A stretch of DNA of 64,000 bases from Myxococcota bacterium (lineage in GTDB: Bacteria; Myxococcota_A; SURF-8; G963663525), in the NCBI GenBank assembly GCA_963676915.2, contig CAXXVK010000001.1, positions 1 through 64,000 on the forward strand, in the 5' to 3' direction. The notes beneath the pieces are model-generated. The model was given only the letters and a program-made list of their open reading frames with translations. It was not told the DNA's origin and ran no database searches. This document shows positions 9,404 to 19,157 of this stretch, piece after piece. The position numbers were made by a program, and so were the translations under genes. The number at the start of each line of letters is the position of its first letter. Within the stretch, counting starts at the first letter, position 1.

Positions 9404-10504
9404 TCAAAAATAGTTCGCTTCGATAATGCCCAGCCCCGAGATGTGCTCGGTTTTGCCGTCCGGTCCGGTGACGTCGAGCTCGTAGCGTCCCCAGTATCGA
9501 TGCAGGTAGGGTTTGGAGTAAAACGCCTTGATAACCACCCGAATCGGCCAGCTTACCTGGCCCAGTACGTCGATGGAGTCGAGGAAGCGCTCTTCCGCGA
9601 TTTTGCCTTTCACGCTGTATTTGCCGGTTTTGAAACTTACGTCGAACGCGACGGGAATATTATATTTACTGGTGGAATCTTTGCGTTTTTTCGTGGTTTT
9701 GAGCGAAAAATTGCGCATCGAGCCTTTCAGTTTGTCGTTGGTGCCAAACACGCCGAAGCGGTTGATTTTCCCGCCGAATTTCTTGTTCAAAAACTGCTGA
9801 TGCATCACCAGCGAGTACTTTTCGTGATACAGGCGCACCGTGTACCATTTGCTGAAGGCGTCCGGCATTTTGATCGTGGACCAACCGTGGTCGTGGTAGG
9901 CGTTTCCCGCCAGATCGTAGGTTTTCCCTTTCACGGTGATGCTGCCCGACGCCCGGCCACGCGGCGTGTTGAGACCGATGGACCATTCGGCGGAACGGTC
10001 TTCGTAAAAATCGACTTTTCCCTTGCCGAAGGTGTAGGGAGGCAGGTTGTTTTTCACGTCGAATTTGAACTTCATGTCGTCTTCATCGACCGTCATGTGG
10101 TAGCTTCGCCCGCCACCCCAGGCATGGGCTTTACCCACTTTGATATCCATTTTCTTGTTCGAGGCGTTGATGGCGTCCCGCTTGTTTTCCGAATACATCC
10201 GATAGGTTTGACCGTCCGGGGCGTAAAACTGGGCGTCGATACGTCCGTCAAAGGTGCGAATACCAAGGTTGGTGATCGAAATCATCGCGAACAGCGCCCC
10301 GCCGTCGTCGGTCTGGATCAGGAAAAACCAGCTTTCGCCGTAGTCGCCGTTGTCCTCGAACTGCGGATGCCAGGCCAGAAACTCATCCGATAGGTTGGTG
10401 TTTCCTCCTCCCGGTTCGAAAACATAAATCGGTTTTTCTGCATGGGCCACGGAGATGAACAGAACGAGTTGCAACAAAATCAGCAGGAACGTTTTCATTT
10501 TCAT
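9404..10504 (-). CDS. Secreted CrtC/Svf1/AttH-like lipocalin-fold protein
   Basis: Signal peptide; ESWFF, G.AYHDHGW, W.T.RL and terminal GIIE patterns. Confidence 0.6.
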   Translation of the reverse strand: MKMKTFLLILLQLVLFISVAHAEKPIYVFEPGGGNTNLSDEFLAWHPQFEDNGDYGESWFFLIQTDDGGALFAMISITNLGIRTFDGRIDAQFYAPDGQTYRMYSENKRDAINASNKKMDIKVGKAHAWGGGRSYHMTVDEDDMKFKFDVKNNLPPYTFGKGKVDFYEDRSAEWSIGLNTPRGRASGSITVKGKTYDLAGNAYHDHGWSTIKMPDAFSKWYTVRLYHEKYSLVMHQQFLNKKFGGKINRFGVFGTNDKLKGSMRNFSLKTTKKRKDSTSKYNIPVAFDVSFKTGKYSVKGKIAEERFLDSIDVLGQVSWPIRVVIKAFYSKPYLHRYWGRYELDVTGPDGKTEHISGLGIIEANYF

Positions 10505-10550
10505 GGAAAAACCTCGAAAAAAAAGTGAACGAATCGGCCTTCAACATATC

Positions 10551-11531
10551 TCAATCCTGCCCCAAAGAGTCAAGAAACCGTGTGATTTCTTCGGCAACCG
10601 CTTGAGGATGCAGACAAACCACCGTGTGGTCCCCCCAAACCTTTTTGACCCGATGTCGGGGAAACAAGAGGGGCCACTGCCGGTCTTCTCCCGGCCAAAA
10701 GGCAATACTTACGGTCGGTTGGAGACGCAACACCGGTACGGAACACCCTGCAACCTGCGCTCGGATGTCCGCCGCCAACACCTGCGAAAGAATCTCCGCC
10801 TGACCACGATCCGGTAAACAGGGAACGAAACGCCCGTCCGAAGTGCAATGGAAGCGCTCGCGCCAGGAACGGCGGTCGAGTTCGTCGCCCAATGGCAGGT
10901 ATACGACACGATCCATAGCATTATAGAGGCTTTGTTCGTCGGGAAAACTCTGGCGTTCCTGATCGAAAGCGGCGAGCACAAAACCGGGGAAGGTGTGGAG
11001 CAACGGGTTGAATCCCCAGGGGCGGACGGGATCGACGAGAATCAGCGACCGAAACCGTTCCGGGTGGGTGGCAGCGGCGTGCATGGCGACTTTTCCGCCC
11101 CAGGATTCCCCTGCCAGATGCACCGACTCCAAGCCTTCTTTGTCGAGAAAAGCGATCAGATCTCGGGTGGTGTCTTCCAGCGCATACCCTTGTTCCGGAC
11201 GGCTGCTTGTTCCATGACCACGCAGGGAAAGCGAAATGATTTCGCGTTCTTGAGCAAATTGTGAAGCCATTCGCGCCCAACTCCAGGCGTTGGCGTTGAT
11301 CCCGTGCAGACACAAAAGAGCGGAGCGCTTGCCCGACCAGCGCAGGGTTTGCAAACGAACGGGACCGACATCCACCCGGCGCTCCTCCGGCCAACGTACG
11401 GAAACATTCGAAAGGTCGGGATACGCTCGCCGAAGCACGGCATGATTGAGCCGCCCCATCCGCTGCAACTGCCTTCCAAGCCAGGGAGCACGGCGGGAGG
11501 CGAGAGTTTCGATGGACCAGGAGTCGGACAT
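10551..11531 (-). CDS. Alpha/beta fold hydrolase
   Basis: LHG oxyanion motif, LRGHG, GESWGG nucleophile elbow, C-terminal GDH. Confidence 0.88.
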   Translation of the reverse strand: MSDSWSIETLASRRAPWLGRQLQRMGRLNHAVLRRAYPDLSNVSVRWPEERRVDVGPVRLQTLRWSGKRSALLCLHGINANAWSWARMASQFAQEREIISLSLRGHGTSSRPEQGYALEDTTRDLIAFLDKEGLESVHLAGESWGGKVAMHAAATHPERFRSLILVDPVRPWGFNPLLHTFPGFVLAAFDQERQSFPDEQSLYNAMDRVVYLPLGDELDRRSWRERFHCTSDGRFVPCLPDRGQAEILSQVLAADIRAQVAGCSVPVLRLQPTVSIAFWPGEDRQWPLLFPRHRVKKVWGDHTVVCLHPQAVAEEITRFLDSLGQD

Positions 11532-11750
11532 ACTACCAACCTTTCAAGTCGTGGTTATCCCTGGAGAATGACGAAAACCCTATTTTGATAACGGGATCGC
11601 GTATGCGTCCCACACGGGAGGAAATCCCAGGAAATATATTGGAATGGATGTTCATCAGAAGTCAACCGCCATTTGCATTCAGGATGATCCGTGAAAGGCC
11701 CCTTGTTCCGACGATTTTGCATATTTCTAAAGAGTGATGCACTACTCAAC

Positions 11751-11932
11751 TAACCCGCATAATTCATGAAGAATCTGCTGCGACTTGAAAATCCTCGATC
11801 TTTCACTCGTTTCACAAGTTTTTATACTCAACATACTGTCAAGTATGTTTCCGTTAAAAATTCGTTCCAACTTCGCGAAATATCATCGGTTTTCAGCGTC
11901 TCGCGACGATTTCTCATGAATTTTCCAGGCTA
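11751..11932. mobile_element. MITE family 1 (~180 bp, TA-ended terminal inverted repeats)
   Basis: TAACCCGCATAATTCATGA...TCATGAATTTTCCAGGCTA; collinear with 17223-17396. Confidence 0.75.
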
Positions 11933-12072
11933 GGATTTTTTCAAAATCTTTGATGTATTCAAGTCCATACTTTGAAAAAATGAGGAAAGTCCTGACATTG
12001 CGCTCTTGCAGGCTTCGAGTCCAATATGTTACGGTTATTGCATCCATTTTTCGTCACTTGCGAGGCAACTCC

Positions 12073-13401
12073 ATGCAAAAAATCTTCGTGCTCGACACCA
12101 ATGTGCTGATTCACGACCCGAATTCGATTTTTCATTTCCAGGATAACCACATCATCATTCCCATCAAATGCATCGAGGAAATCGACAAGTTCAAAAAAGA
12201 ACTCAACGAGCGGGGCCGCAACGCTCGTGCCGTTTCCCGCAATCTCGATGATTTAAGGAAAAAAGGTGAGTTGTCCCAAGGGGTTGCCCTGGAAGGCGGC
12301 GGCTCTTTGAGAATCGATTTGTGTCTGGACGTGCTCGACGATTTTCCGTTGCGCGCCAAGGGAACGAGTGTGACCAACGACGACATGATCCTTGCGGTTG
12401 CGTTCAAAGAACAGACCAAAAATCCTGACGTGCGGGTAGTATTCCTCAGCCGCGATACCAACTTGCGTATCAAGGCGGGTGCTGTGGGTTTGAAGGCGGA
12501 AAACTACGAAACCGACCGGGTGGATATAGACGAACTCTACACCGGCCTCGGGGAAGTCGAGCTTTCCAAGCAGGATATCGATGATCTCTACAAAAACAAA
12601 AGCCTCGACTGGACGGGCAAGATCCGACTGCTTGCCAACCAGTTCGTCCTTTTGCGCTCCGAAAGCAATCCTCAGCAAACCGCTATCGCCAAGTACGATT
12701 CCGAGACGAATGAGGTGAAACTCGCCGGTTTCAGCGGCAATATCTGGGGAATTCTTCCGCGAAATCTAGAACAGCGGGTGGCTCTGGATCTACTGTTGGA
12801 TGACAGCCTCGCCCTCGTGACCCTGGTCGGCAAAGCCGGAACGGGCAAGACGCTTCTGGCTCTGGCCGCCGGTTTGCAGAAAGTGGCGGACGAAGCTCGT
12901 TACAAACGGATGCTGGTATCGCGGCCCAATTTACCGATGGGTAAAGATCTGGGCTATTTACCTGGTGAATTGGGTGAAAAACTGAAGCCCTGGATGCAGC
13001 CGATTTTCGACAACCTGGAATTTCTGGTCGGTGGTCCGGACAGCGACGACGACTATCGCAGCCGTGGCAGCTATGAAGACCTGATCGATCAAAATCTGTT
13101 GCAGGTCGAGGCGTTGACCTACATTCGCGGTCGTTCGATTCCCCGACAGTTTTTCATCGTGGACGAAGCCCAGAACTTGACGCCCCACGAAATCAAGACC
13201 ATCATCAGCCGGGCCGGAGAGAAAACCAAGATCGTTTTGACGGGAGATCCCTATCAAATCGATAATCCTTACCTCGATTCATCGTCTAACGGGTTGACCT
13301 ACGTCGTCGAGCGGTTCAAAGGCTCCAAAATGTTTGGACACATCACCATGATCAAAGGTGAACGTTCGGCCTTGGCGCAGGCGGCGGCAGACTTGTTGTG
13401 A
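12073..13401 (+). CDS. PIN-PhoH (PhoH2/YlaK-like) RNase-ATPase
   Basis: VLDTNVL PIN start, NDDMIL, SRDTNLRIKA, GKAGTGKT, LGYLPG, YIRGRS, VDEAQN, TGDPYQID; start at ATG 12073 after a GAGG ribosome-binding site. Confidence 0.93.
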   Translation: MQKIFVLDTNVLIHDPNSIFHFQDNHIIIPIKCIEEIDKFKKELNERGRNARAVSRNLDDLRKKGELSQGVALEGGGSLRIDLCLDVLDDFPLRAKGTSVTNDDMILAVAFKEQTKNPDVRVVFLSRDTNLRIKAGAVGLKAENYETDRVDIDELYTGLGEVELSKQDIDDLYKNKSLDWTGKIRLLANQFVLLRSESNPQQTAIAKYDSETNEVKLAGFSGNIWGILPRNLEQRVALDLLLDDSLALVTLVGKAGTGKTLLALAAGLQKVADEARYKRMLVSRPNLPMGKDLGYLPGELGEKLKPWMQPIFDNLEFLVGGPDSDDDYRSRGSYEDLIDQNLLQVEALTYIRGRSIPRQFFIVDEAQNLTPHEIKTIISRAGEKTKIVLTGDPYQIDNPYLDSSSNGLTYVVERFKGSKMFGHITMIKGERSALAQAAADLL

Positions 13402-13408
13402 GGAAACC

Positions 13409-13888
13409 ATGGCCCCTTATAAAACCGTGCTGGTCGGTATCGATTTCTCCGAATACTGTCGAGAGGCCGTGCGCCACGCCATGGGCATGGTGGACCCGGA
13501 TGGCGGAAGGCTCGTGCTGGTTCACGTAGTGGACATGCTTCAGCCACCCGCCAATCGGCTCGGGGCGTACAATGTCAGTCCCACGAAGGGGTTTTATTCC
13601 GAGCAACAGGATCATTTGAAACGCCACCTGGACGAACTCGACGCCTTCGCCAAGGAATACCGCGAAGGGGAGTTCCAGGTCATCACCGAAGTGGCTCAGG
13701 GTAACGCCGCCAAGGAATTGTTGCACCGGGCTTATAAAAATCAGGCCGACCTGATCGTCATCGGAACTCACGGACTGAGTCGCATCGAAAAGTTTTTGAT
13801 CGGCTCGGTGGCCGAAAAAGTCGTTCGCGGCGCGAGTTGCCCGGTTTTGGTCGTCAAACTGGCCGCACAGGGCAAGAAAAAGAAGTGA
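13409..13888 (+). CDS. Universal stress protein
   Basis: YKTVLVGIDFS, ADLIVIGTHG, IGSVAEKVVRGASCPVLVV. Confidence 0.93.
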   Translation: MAPYKTVLVGIDFSEYCREAVRHAMGMVDPDGGRLVLVHVVDMLQPPANRLGAYNVSPTKGFYSEQQDHLKRHLDELDAFAKEYREGEFQVITEVAQGNAAKELLHRAYKNQADLIVIGTHGLSRIEKFLIGSVAEKVVRGASCPVLVVKLAAQGKKKK

Positions 13889-15336
13889 AGTCGCCGTTTT
13901 CGTTGATTCAAATCCCACTTACTCGTAGGACACGATATCGGACCGAATTGTCGTGTTTTAGGTTGTTTGTGTGGATTTTTTGCCTGATCGGCGCATTCGG
14001 AGTTCCTTTCGACAGGGCGGAATCCTTGGAAATCGCCGTCGGTTCGAACACCGTTTTCCAACTCCAGCAGTATCGGGATGTCGAACGGCTCGAAATCAAC
14101 AAAACCCGCTTTACGCAATACCTCAGTTTCAATCTTTACGAGTCGTCCGAGAAACCGGTGCACAGTTTTCACTCCCGTTTCCGCTTCGATTCGGAATTGG
14201 GCTACGACGCCTCTCCCGATGCCCCGGTGGACAACCTCGACTACCAGCATCTCGAAGTGCTGTACGCCTATTACGAGGCGAGGAGGCTGTGGGATCTCAT
14301 CGACTTCCGCCTCGGTCGCCAGGTGACGCAGGATGCTTTCGGTTTTTATCCGCTCGACGGCATGTGGGTGCGACTTTCGCGGCAATGGTACGTCGGTGTG
14401 GAATTTTATGCGGGAATCGAGATCAAACAAGAGTTTTCCGGGCGCGTCAAACACCTGTATTTTCCCAATTCCGACCGTTATCAGTCGGATGGTGTGGATG
14501 AAGACAAATATATGACGCGCACCTTCGGAGCCAGCCTGTTTCTCGATGGTTTCGAAGACTACGATCTTTCGCTCTCCTACCGTCTGGGAGAGTCCGGCGC
14601 GACGGACGAAGAAAAGCTGGGAGGGCTTGCGCGAGCCGAGTTTTTCGATATCTGGGAAGTATATGGCAACGCCAATTATGACTTGTACCTCGAATCTTTC
14701 GAAAGCTGGCAGGCCGGAACCCGTCTCGACCTCGGGTGGGGGTCGGCGTTCATCGAACACGATTTTTCCCGACCCAATTGGGACGCCGATTCGATTTTCA
14801 ATTTTTTCCGTAATTACAACCGCAATGCCATCGCGTTGGGCGTCACCGCTCGTCCCGACGAATTCACCTTCGTGCAACTCGATGGCGCCCGGCAGCTTCA
14901 GGCCGATTCGCGCTCGTATTTCGACCAATGGGGCGAAGAAGGCACGGCAAGCTACTTTTTCGGTTTCGATCTCCGCCGGGAAATGACACCCGACTGGGAT
15001 CTTCGCGGCTCCTACGACATGACCATGGGTTGGGGCGGCGACGAACACCGGATGAGCCTCGGTTCGGGTCTGTTCGTTCTCCATCGAAAACTACAGATCG
15101 AAAGCGACCTGTTTGGCTCGGTATTCGACAAATTGATTTACAACGATATTCTGGAAGAGCATGAAAACCGTGGATTCGCCTGGGGATTGTCGGTGCTGGT
15201 GGATCTGCAATTGCACGAAGACATTCGTCTCTGGATTCGCTCCGAGCTGTCTTCCAGCCCATATATCGAGCGCAGTTACGCATTTTTCACAGGATTGGAC
15301 GCCACTCCCTGGTTCACTCCGACGAGGCACCGCTGA
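13885..15336 (+). CDS. Putative outer-membrane beta-barrel (cytochrome-associated porin-like)
   Basis: N-terminal hydrophobic segment; many alternating aromatic beta-strands, LYAYYE..FRLGRQ..DG pattern; overlaps both neighbours. Confidence 0.7.
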   Translation: MKSPFSLIQIPLTRRTRYRTELSCFRLFVWIFCLIGAFGVPFDRAESLEIAVGSNTVFQLQQYRDVERLEINKTRFTQYLSFNLYESSEKPVHSFHSRFRFDSELGYDASPDAPVDNLDYQHLEVLYAYYEARRLWDLIDFRLGRQVTQDAFGFYPLDGMWVRLSRQWYVGVEFYAGIEIKQEFSGRVKHLYFPNSDRYQSDGVDEDKYMTRTFGASLFLDGFEDYDLSLSYRLGESGATDEEKLGGLARAEFFDIWEVYGNANYDLYLESFESWQAGTRLDLGWGSAFIEHDFSRPNWDADSIFNFFRNYNRNAIALGVTARPDEFTFVQLDGARQLQADSRSYFDQWGEEGTASYFFGFDLRREMTPDWDLRGSYDMTMGWGGDEHRMSLGSGLFVLHRKLQIESDLFGSVFDKLIYNDILEEHENRGFAWGLSVLVDLQLHEDIRLWIRSELSSSPYIERSYAFFTGLDATPWFTPTRHR

Positions 15337-16457
15337 TGACGACGATCCGTTCGGCAATTTTTGCGTTTTGTTTCGTTTTTGCGCTGTTGTTTTCCGCGTT
15401 CGCCGCCACGGATCGACCGATTTTCGGCCGACAGGTCGTCTATCCGGTGGGGTTCTCCAACCTCGTGTTTTCTCACGAGAAACACAAAACCCAGGATTGC
15501 ACGGCCTGCCACTCCTATGCTTCTCAAAGTACGCAAAGCGGAGATCGCCTGCTGCCCTCGGAAGCCAAGTGCGCCGAATGCCACGCTGGGGAAGTCCGCA
15601 AAACTCCTACGGATTTGGGCGACGACCGCTGCCTGTTCTGTCACAAAGACTGGGACAGCACCGGAAAACACCTGCCGAGCCGGGTGAGAGAAATACAGTC
15701 GAATCTCGTATTCAATCACAAAGTCCATGTAGGGCGTATGATCGCCTGCCGTTCCTGCCACCAGGGACTCGATGACACCCGCCCGGATCATCTGCCGTCC
15801 GAAGCTTTGTGCCTGGCTTGTCACCAATCCAACAGTTCGGGTTTTCGCTGCTCGACCTGCCACCCCGCCGAACCTTCGGGAATGCTCCAAACGACGTTTG
15901 GGGAACGCCGACTGATGCCCACTCGTGGCCCGATGAATCACCTCGACCAGTGGACTCGTAGGCACGTTCGGGAAAGTCGAACCGACCGTAGACGTTGCGA
16001 CACCTGCCATACGCCGTCCAGTTGCGACCGCTGTCATGATGGCGTGTTGAAACCACTGGCGATTCATCCGCCGAATTACGTCGCCCTGCATCCCATCGAA
16101 GCGCGGAAAAACCAACCCAACTGCCAGTCCTGCCACCGTTATTCCTCGTTCTGCGTACAATGTCACCAGCGGATGGGTGTGGCTCCCGATCTCACGACCC
16201 AACCCGAGCGGGTGCAATACCATCCGACCGGTTGGGCCGAATGCAGCCGTGTGGCGAATCATCATTCGTACCAGGCCAAACGCAATCTGGCGGCCTGCGT
16301 ATCCTGTCACAAGGAAGAAAGCTGTTTGAAGTGCCACCGTTCAGGCTCGACCTGTGGCGGAAGTTTCAATATTCACGGTCATATGAGCAGCATGCAACTC
16401 AGTCGGATGCAGAAGAAAAACCCGAGAACCTGCAAAAAATGCCATGAAAACCTTTGA
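15336..16457 (+). CDS. Periplasmic multiheme c-type cytochrome (13 CxxCH)
   Basis: Signal peptide; 13 CxxCH counted (CTACH, CAECH, CLFCH, CRSCH, CLACH, CSTCH, CDTCH, CDRCH, CQSCH, CVQCH, CVSCH, CLKCH, CKKCH); c7/c3-like FSHEKH and FNHKVH. Confidence 0.95.
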   Translation: MTTIRSAIFAFCFVFALLFSAFAATDRPIFGRQVVYPVGFSNLVFSHEKHKTQDCTACHSYASQSTQSGDRLLPSEAKCAECHAGEVRKTPTDLGDDRCLFCHKDWDSTGKHLPSRVREIQSNLVFNHKVHVGRMIACRSCHQGLDDTRPDHLPSEALCLACHQSNSSGFRCSTCHPAEPSGMLQTTFGERRLMPTRGPMNHLDQWTRRHVRESRTDRRRCDTCHTPSSCDRCHDGVLKPLAIHPPNYVALHPIEARKNQPNCQSCHRYSSFCVQCHQRMGVAPDLTTQPERVQYHPTGWAECSRVANHHSYQAKRNLAACVSCHKEESCLKCHRSGSTCGGSFNIHGHMSSMQLSRMQKKNPRTCKKCHENL

Positions 16458-16935
16458 TCGTCGAACGAAAACCTGTTGGATTTCCTGCGCTTTTTGGATA
16501 GGACTGCTATTCTCGGCATGGGCCTGCACCAATCCCAATCTGGATCGAAACATCTACCCGGAACAAACGCGTCCCGCCCTGGAATTGATCGACACATGCC
16601 CCGGCGCGGATGCCACCGACATTTCGACCAGCGCAGTGATTCGGCTGGCGTTTTCGAAAGAATTGGACCCGGAGACGGTAAACCTTTCGTCCTTCATTTT
16701 GGGAAGCGGTCCACAGTTTGTGTTGGGAAACGTATTCTACGAAGACGGCATCGTCACCTACGTTCCCAACGAACCGCTGATTCCCGACAGCCTGTATCGC
16801 CTCTACGTCACATCGGATTTGAGAGATATCGACGGCTTCGCCTACACCAACCAGACGGCGGTGTTCTCGTTTTTCACAGGTGACGGCGAGCAGGGAACCA
16901 CCTGCCGGTATTTCTATCCACAGCCGGAGGCGTAA
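16444..16935 (+). CDS. Lipoprotein with bacterial Ig-like (SbsA/Big_5-type) domain
   Basis: Lipobox AWAC; P.ADA.DI...I.L.FSKELD..P.EPL.P...Y.L..DLRDIDG..FFTG pattern. Confidence 0.75.
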   Translation: MKTFDRRTKTCWISCAFWIGLLFSAWACTNPNLDRNIYPEQTRPALELIDTCPGADATDISTSAVIRLAFSKELDPETVNLSSFILGSGPQFVLGNVFYEDGIVTYVPNEPLIPDSLYRLYVTSDLRDIDGFAYTNQTAVFSFFTGDGEQGTTCRYFYPQPEA

Positions 16936-16981
16936 TATCACCCATTGTTTCTTGGCATTTTTCGGAGGCTGAAAAAGGAAA

Positions 16982-17082
16982 GGCAGCCGGGGATTCCGCA
17001 GCACACGCAGGAGATCGTTACCGCTGCTTCCTTTCGGACCTGACGGGGTTCACGGACCTGAGTCGCACGGAGCCCGGCCGCC
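16982..17082 (-). ncRNA. ffs: Signal recognition particle RNA (4.5S-type core)
   Basis: Minus strand reads GAACCCCGTCAGGTCCGAAAGGAAGCAGCGGTAA (helix 8 with GAAA tetraloop); GGCGGCCGGG 5' end pairs with CCCGGCTGCC 3' end. Confidence 0.95.
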
Positions 17083-17167
17083 ACAGGCTTCCGAACCGTT
17101 AAACGGACCGGAAGGTACATGCTCGGCGAGCCGTTCGTTTCCACACTATCGGAACGAACGATGACGC

Positions 17168-17196
17168 AACCTACCGTTTCGTCCGTTTTCTGTCAA
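17168..17196 (-). promoter_or_regulatory. Sigma-70-type promoter for SRP RNA
   Basis: Minus strand TTGACA-17 bp-TAGGTT. Confidence 0.6.
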
Positions 17197-17222
17197 GTTT
17201 CGAACGCAATGCGCGTTTTTCC

Positions 17223-17396
17223 TAACCCGGATGATTCATGAAGAATCTACTACGACTTGAAAATTCTTGATCTTTCATTCGTTTCTCGATTTTCATCCTC
17301 GATAGACAGTTCAGTATGCCTGCGGGTGAAAATCGTTCCAACTTCATGAAATATCATCGTTTTTCTACGTCTCATCCTCATGAATAATCCGGGCTA
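17223..17396. mobile_element. MITE family 1, second copy
   Basis: TAACCCGGATGATTCATGA...TCATGAATAATCCGGGCTA terminal inverted repeats; internal sequence collinear with 11751-11932. Confidence 0.8.
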
Positions 17397-17418
17397 AAGA
17401 GACCAAGATTGGGAAAGA

Positions 17419-18756
17419 TTACTTCGATTCCTCCGAGCTTTGCACGGAACGGACCTCGGGGTGACGCTCGATCACCCATTTCTGGCCTTCGGTCAAATGC
17501 ATTCCCTCATCTCCGATCGAAAAGGATTCGTTGCCGCTCATCTGCCAGAACATCAGGTTGTCCGCTCCTCTTCCCCTGCATTCGTCGACGGTGACGAGCC
17601 AATCGTCGTTACGATCCAGCTGGGGAGGACAGGTCGGGGTGTCGTCGATGGCGTCGTAGAGATTTCCGGTCGCTTCGGTAGGATGAAAAAGCCCGAGCCA
17701 GTGCCCGGTTTCGTGGGCCATCGTCGCGCCGAGCGTTCGCGGGTAACCATCGAGAACCTCAGAGGAAACCACCACGCACGAAGCACTGGTGCCTTTTTGT
17801 TTTCCCGGACCGGGTAGACCGGAAGCAAACCCTAAAATCGTGTACACCGCATCCTCCACGGCGTACTCCTCCAATATGATCCGCCGCGTCAGAAATACGT
17901 TGACGCCTTCCTGCGCGTCTTCGGTTTTACGGCACAAGTCGTGAACTTCCGTTATGTTGTTGAGATCCGCGAACTGTTGGTTTTCGGCATCCAGCAAAGT
18001 GTAAAAGCGGGTTTCCCGGATGGTGATGCCGACATCGGCATACAAGGCACGAAACACCTCGATGGCTTTGGAAAGGTTGGCATCCGTTTCCGGTTCGGTG
18101 GTATTGAAAAGGTCTGCGACCTGCACCAGCCAGACGTTCAGATCGAAGGTGGTTCCTAAAGTTCGTTGCTTGACAAGAACCGAAGGATCGTCCTCCAGCG
18201 GGGTTTTATCCTCCACAAAAACTTCGACCTTGTATTGTCCGGAAATCAGTTCGATCCTCTCGGTGTTGGGCAACATCAGCGACAAAAACCCGATATCCGG
18301 TACGAAATGGAAGTCGTATTTGTCGTTGATCATATCGTTTCCCAGATCGGTTTCGAGGTCGTAAAGCACCTGACCGTCGGGATCGGTGATGCGCGCCGGG
18401 AAAATGTAGGTCTGATCCGGGTAGGGAATCCACAGCGTAAACGAATAATCCCCCGGTTCGACGATCACCGGCTCCAACTCGACAAGCTCGAAACCTTCGT
18501 ACTCCGGAACTCCCATGTCCACGTATTCCTGCACATTGTCTTCCAGCGGCACGCGTTCGACCGGAACGTATTCGAAATCGAAATCCTCGGGTAGGGAAGG
18601 TTCTTCCTCGACACAGATGCCGCGTTCGTCGAAGGTGTAACCATCTTCGCATTCCTGGAGTTCTTCGGAACAGCTCAACCCTGCGAAAATCAGCAGGAAA
18701 CAGAAAGCTACGACGGTCCACGAAGGATAGAAACGGATCATCGGACAGACTCGCAA
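17419..18756 (-). CDS. Lipoprotein zinc metalloprotease (metzincin, M43 pappalysin/ulilysin-like)
   Basis: Lipobox GLSC; HETGHWLGLFH, DTP and Met-turn NLM. Confidence 0.85.
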   Translation of the reverse strand: MRVCPMIRFYPSWTVVAFCFLLIFAGLSCSEELQECEDGYTFDERGICVEEEPSLPEDFDFEYVPVERVPLEDNVQEYVDMGVPEYEGFELVELEPVIVEPGDYSFTLWIPYPDQTYIFPARITDPDGQVLYDLETDLGNDMINDKYDFHFVPDIGFLSLMLPNTERIELISGQYKVEVFVEDKTPLEDDPSVLVKQRTLGTTFDLNVWLVQVADLFNTTEPETDANLSKAIEVFRALYADVGITIRETRFYTLLDAENQQFADLNNITEVHDLCRKTEDAQEGVNVFLTRRIILEEYAVEDAVYTILGFASGLPGPGKQKGTSASCVVVSSEVLDGYPRTLGATMAHETGHWLGLFHPTEATGNLYDAIDDTPTCPPQLDRNDDWLVTVDECRGRGADNLMFWQMSGNESFSIGDEGMHLTEGQKWVIERHPEVRSVQSSEESK

Positions 18757-18862
18757 TGACAGTGGTACGTGCCCGATAGGGTATCACCCGGCGGTTTTCA
18801 GGTCAATTCCGTTGTTGTGAGAAGTCTTCCCACATTTTGAGTGTTCTCCCAACCCACCACAC

Positions 18863-18980
18863 TGGAAACCATCCTAAAAATAGCGACCGAGGAATTCGAG
18901 ACGGACTCGTCGTTGGCGAGATGCCGAATACCGGGAGTCTGTCACGTCGAAACAGATTCTTCATGAAGGTTACGGGCTAG
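18863..18980. mobile_element. Chimeric MITE remnant (family 2 left part joined to a family 1 end)
   Basis: 18863-~18950 matches 49780-~49880; ends AGATTCTTCATGAAGGTTACGGGCTA, resembling the family 1 terminus. Confidence 0.65.
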
Positions 18981-19157
18981 TTGCACCAGAATCGGTTTCG
19001 CGCTATAGATAGAGAAGTTGAATGAGTTTTTCCTTGTGAAACTGCGCACCTTCAAGTGTTCGGTTTCCATAGGGATTTCGGTATTATGACAATATTGAAA
19101 TCGCTCGAAGCCGTCCAATCGACGGTGGCTAGTTATCAACGGATTTCCGAGGTGATC

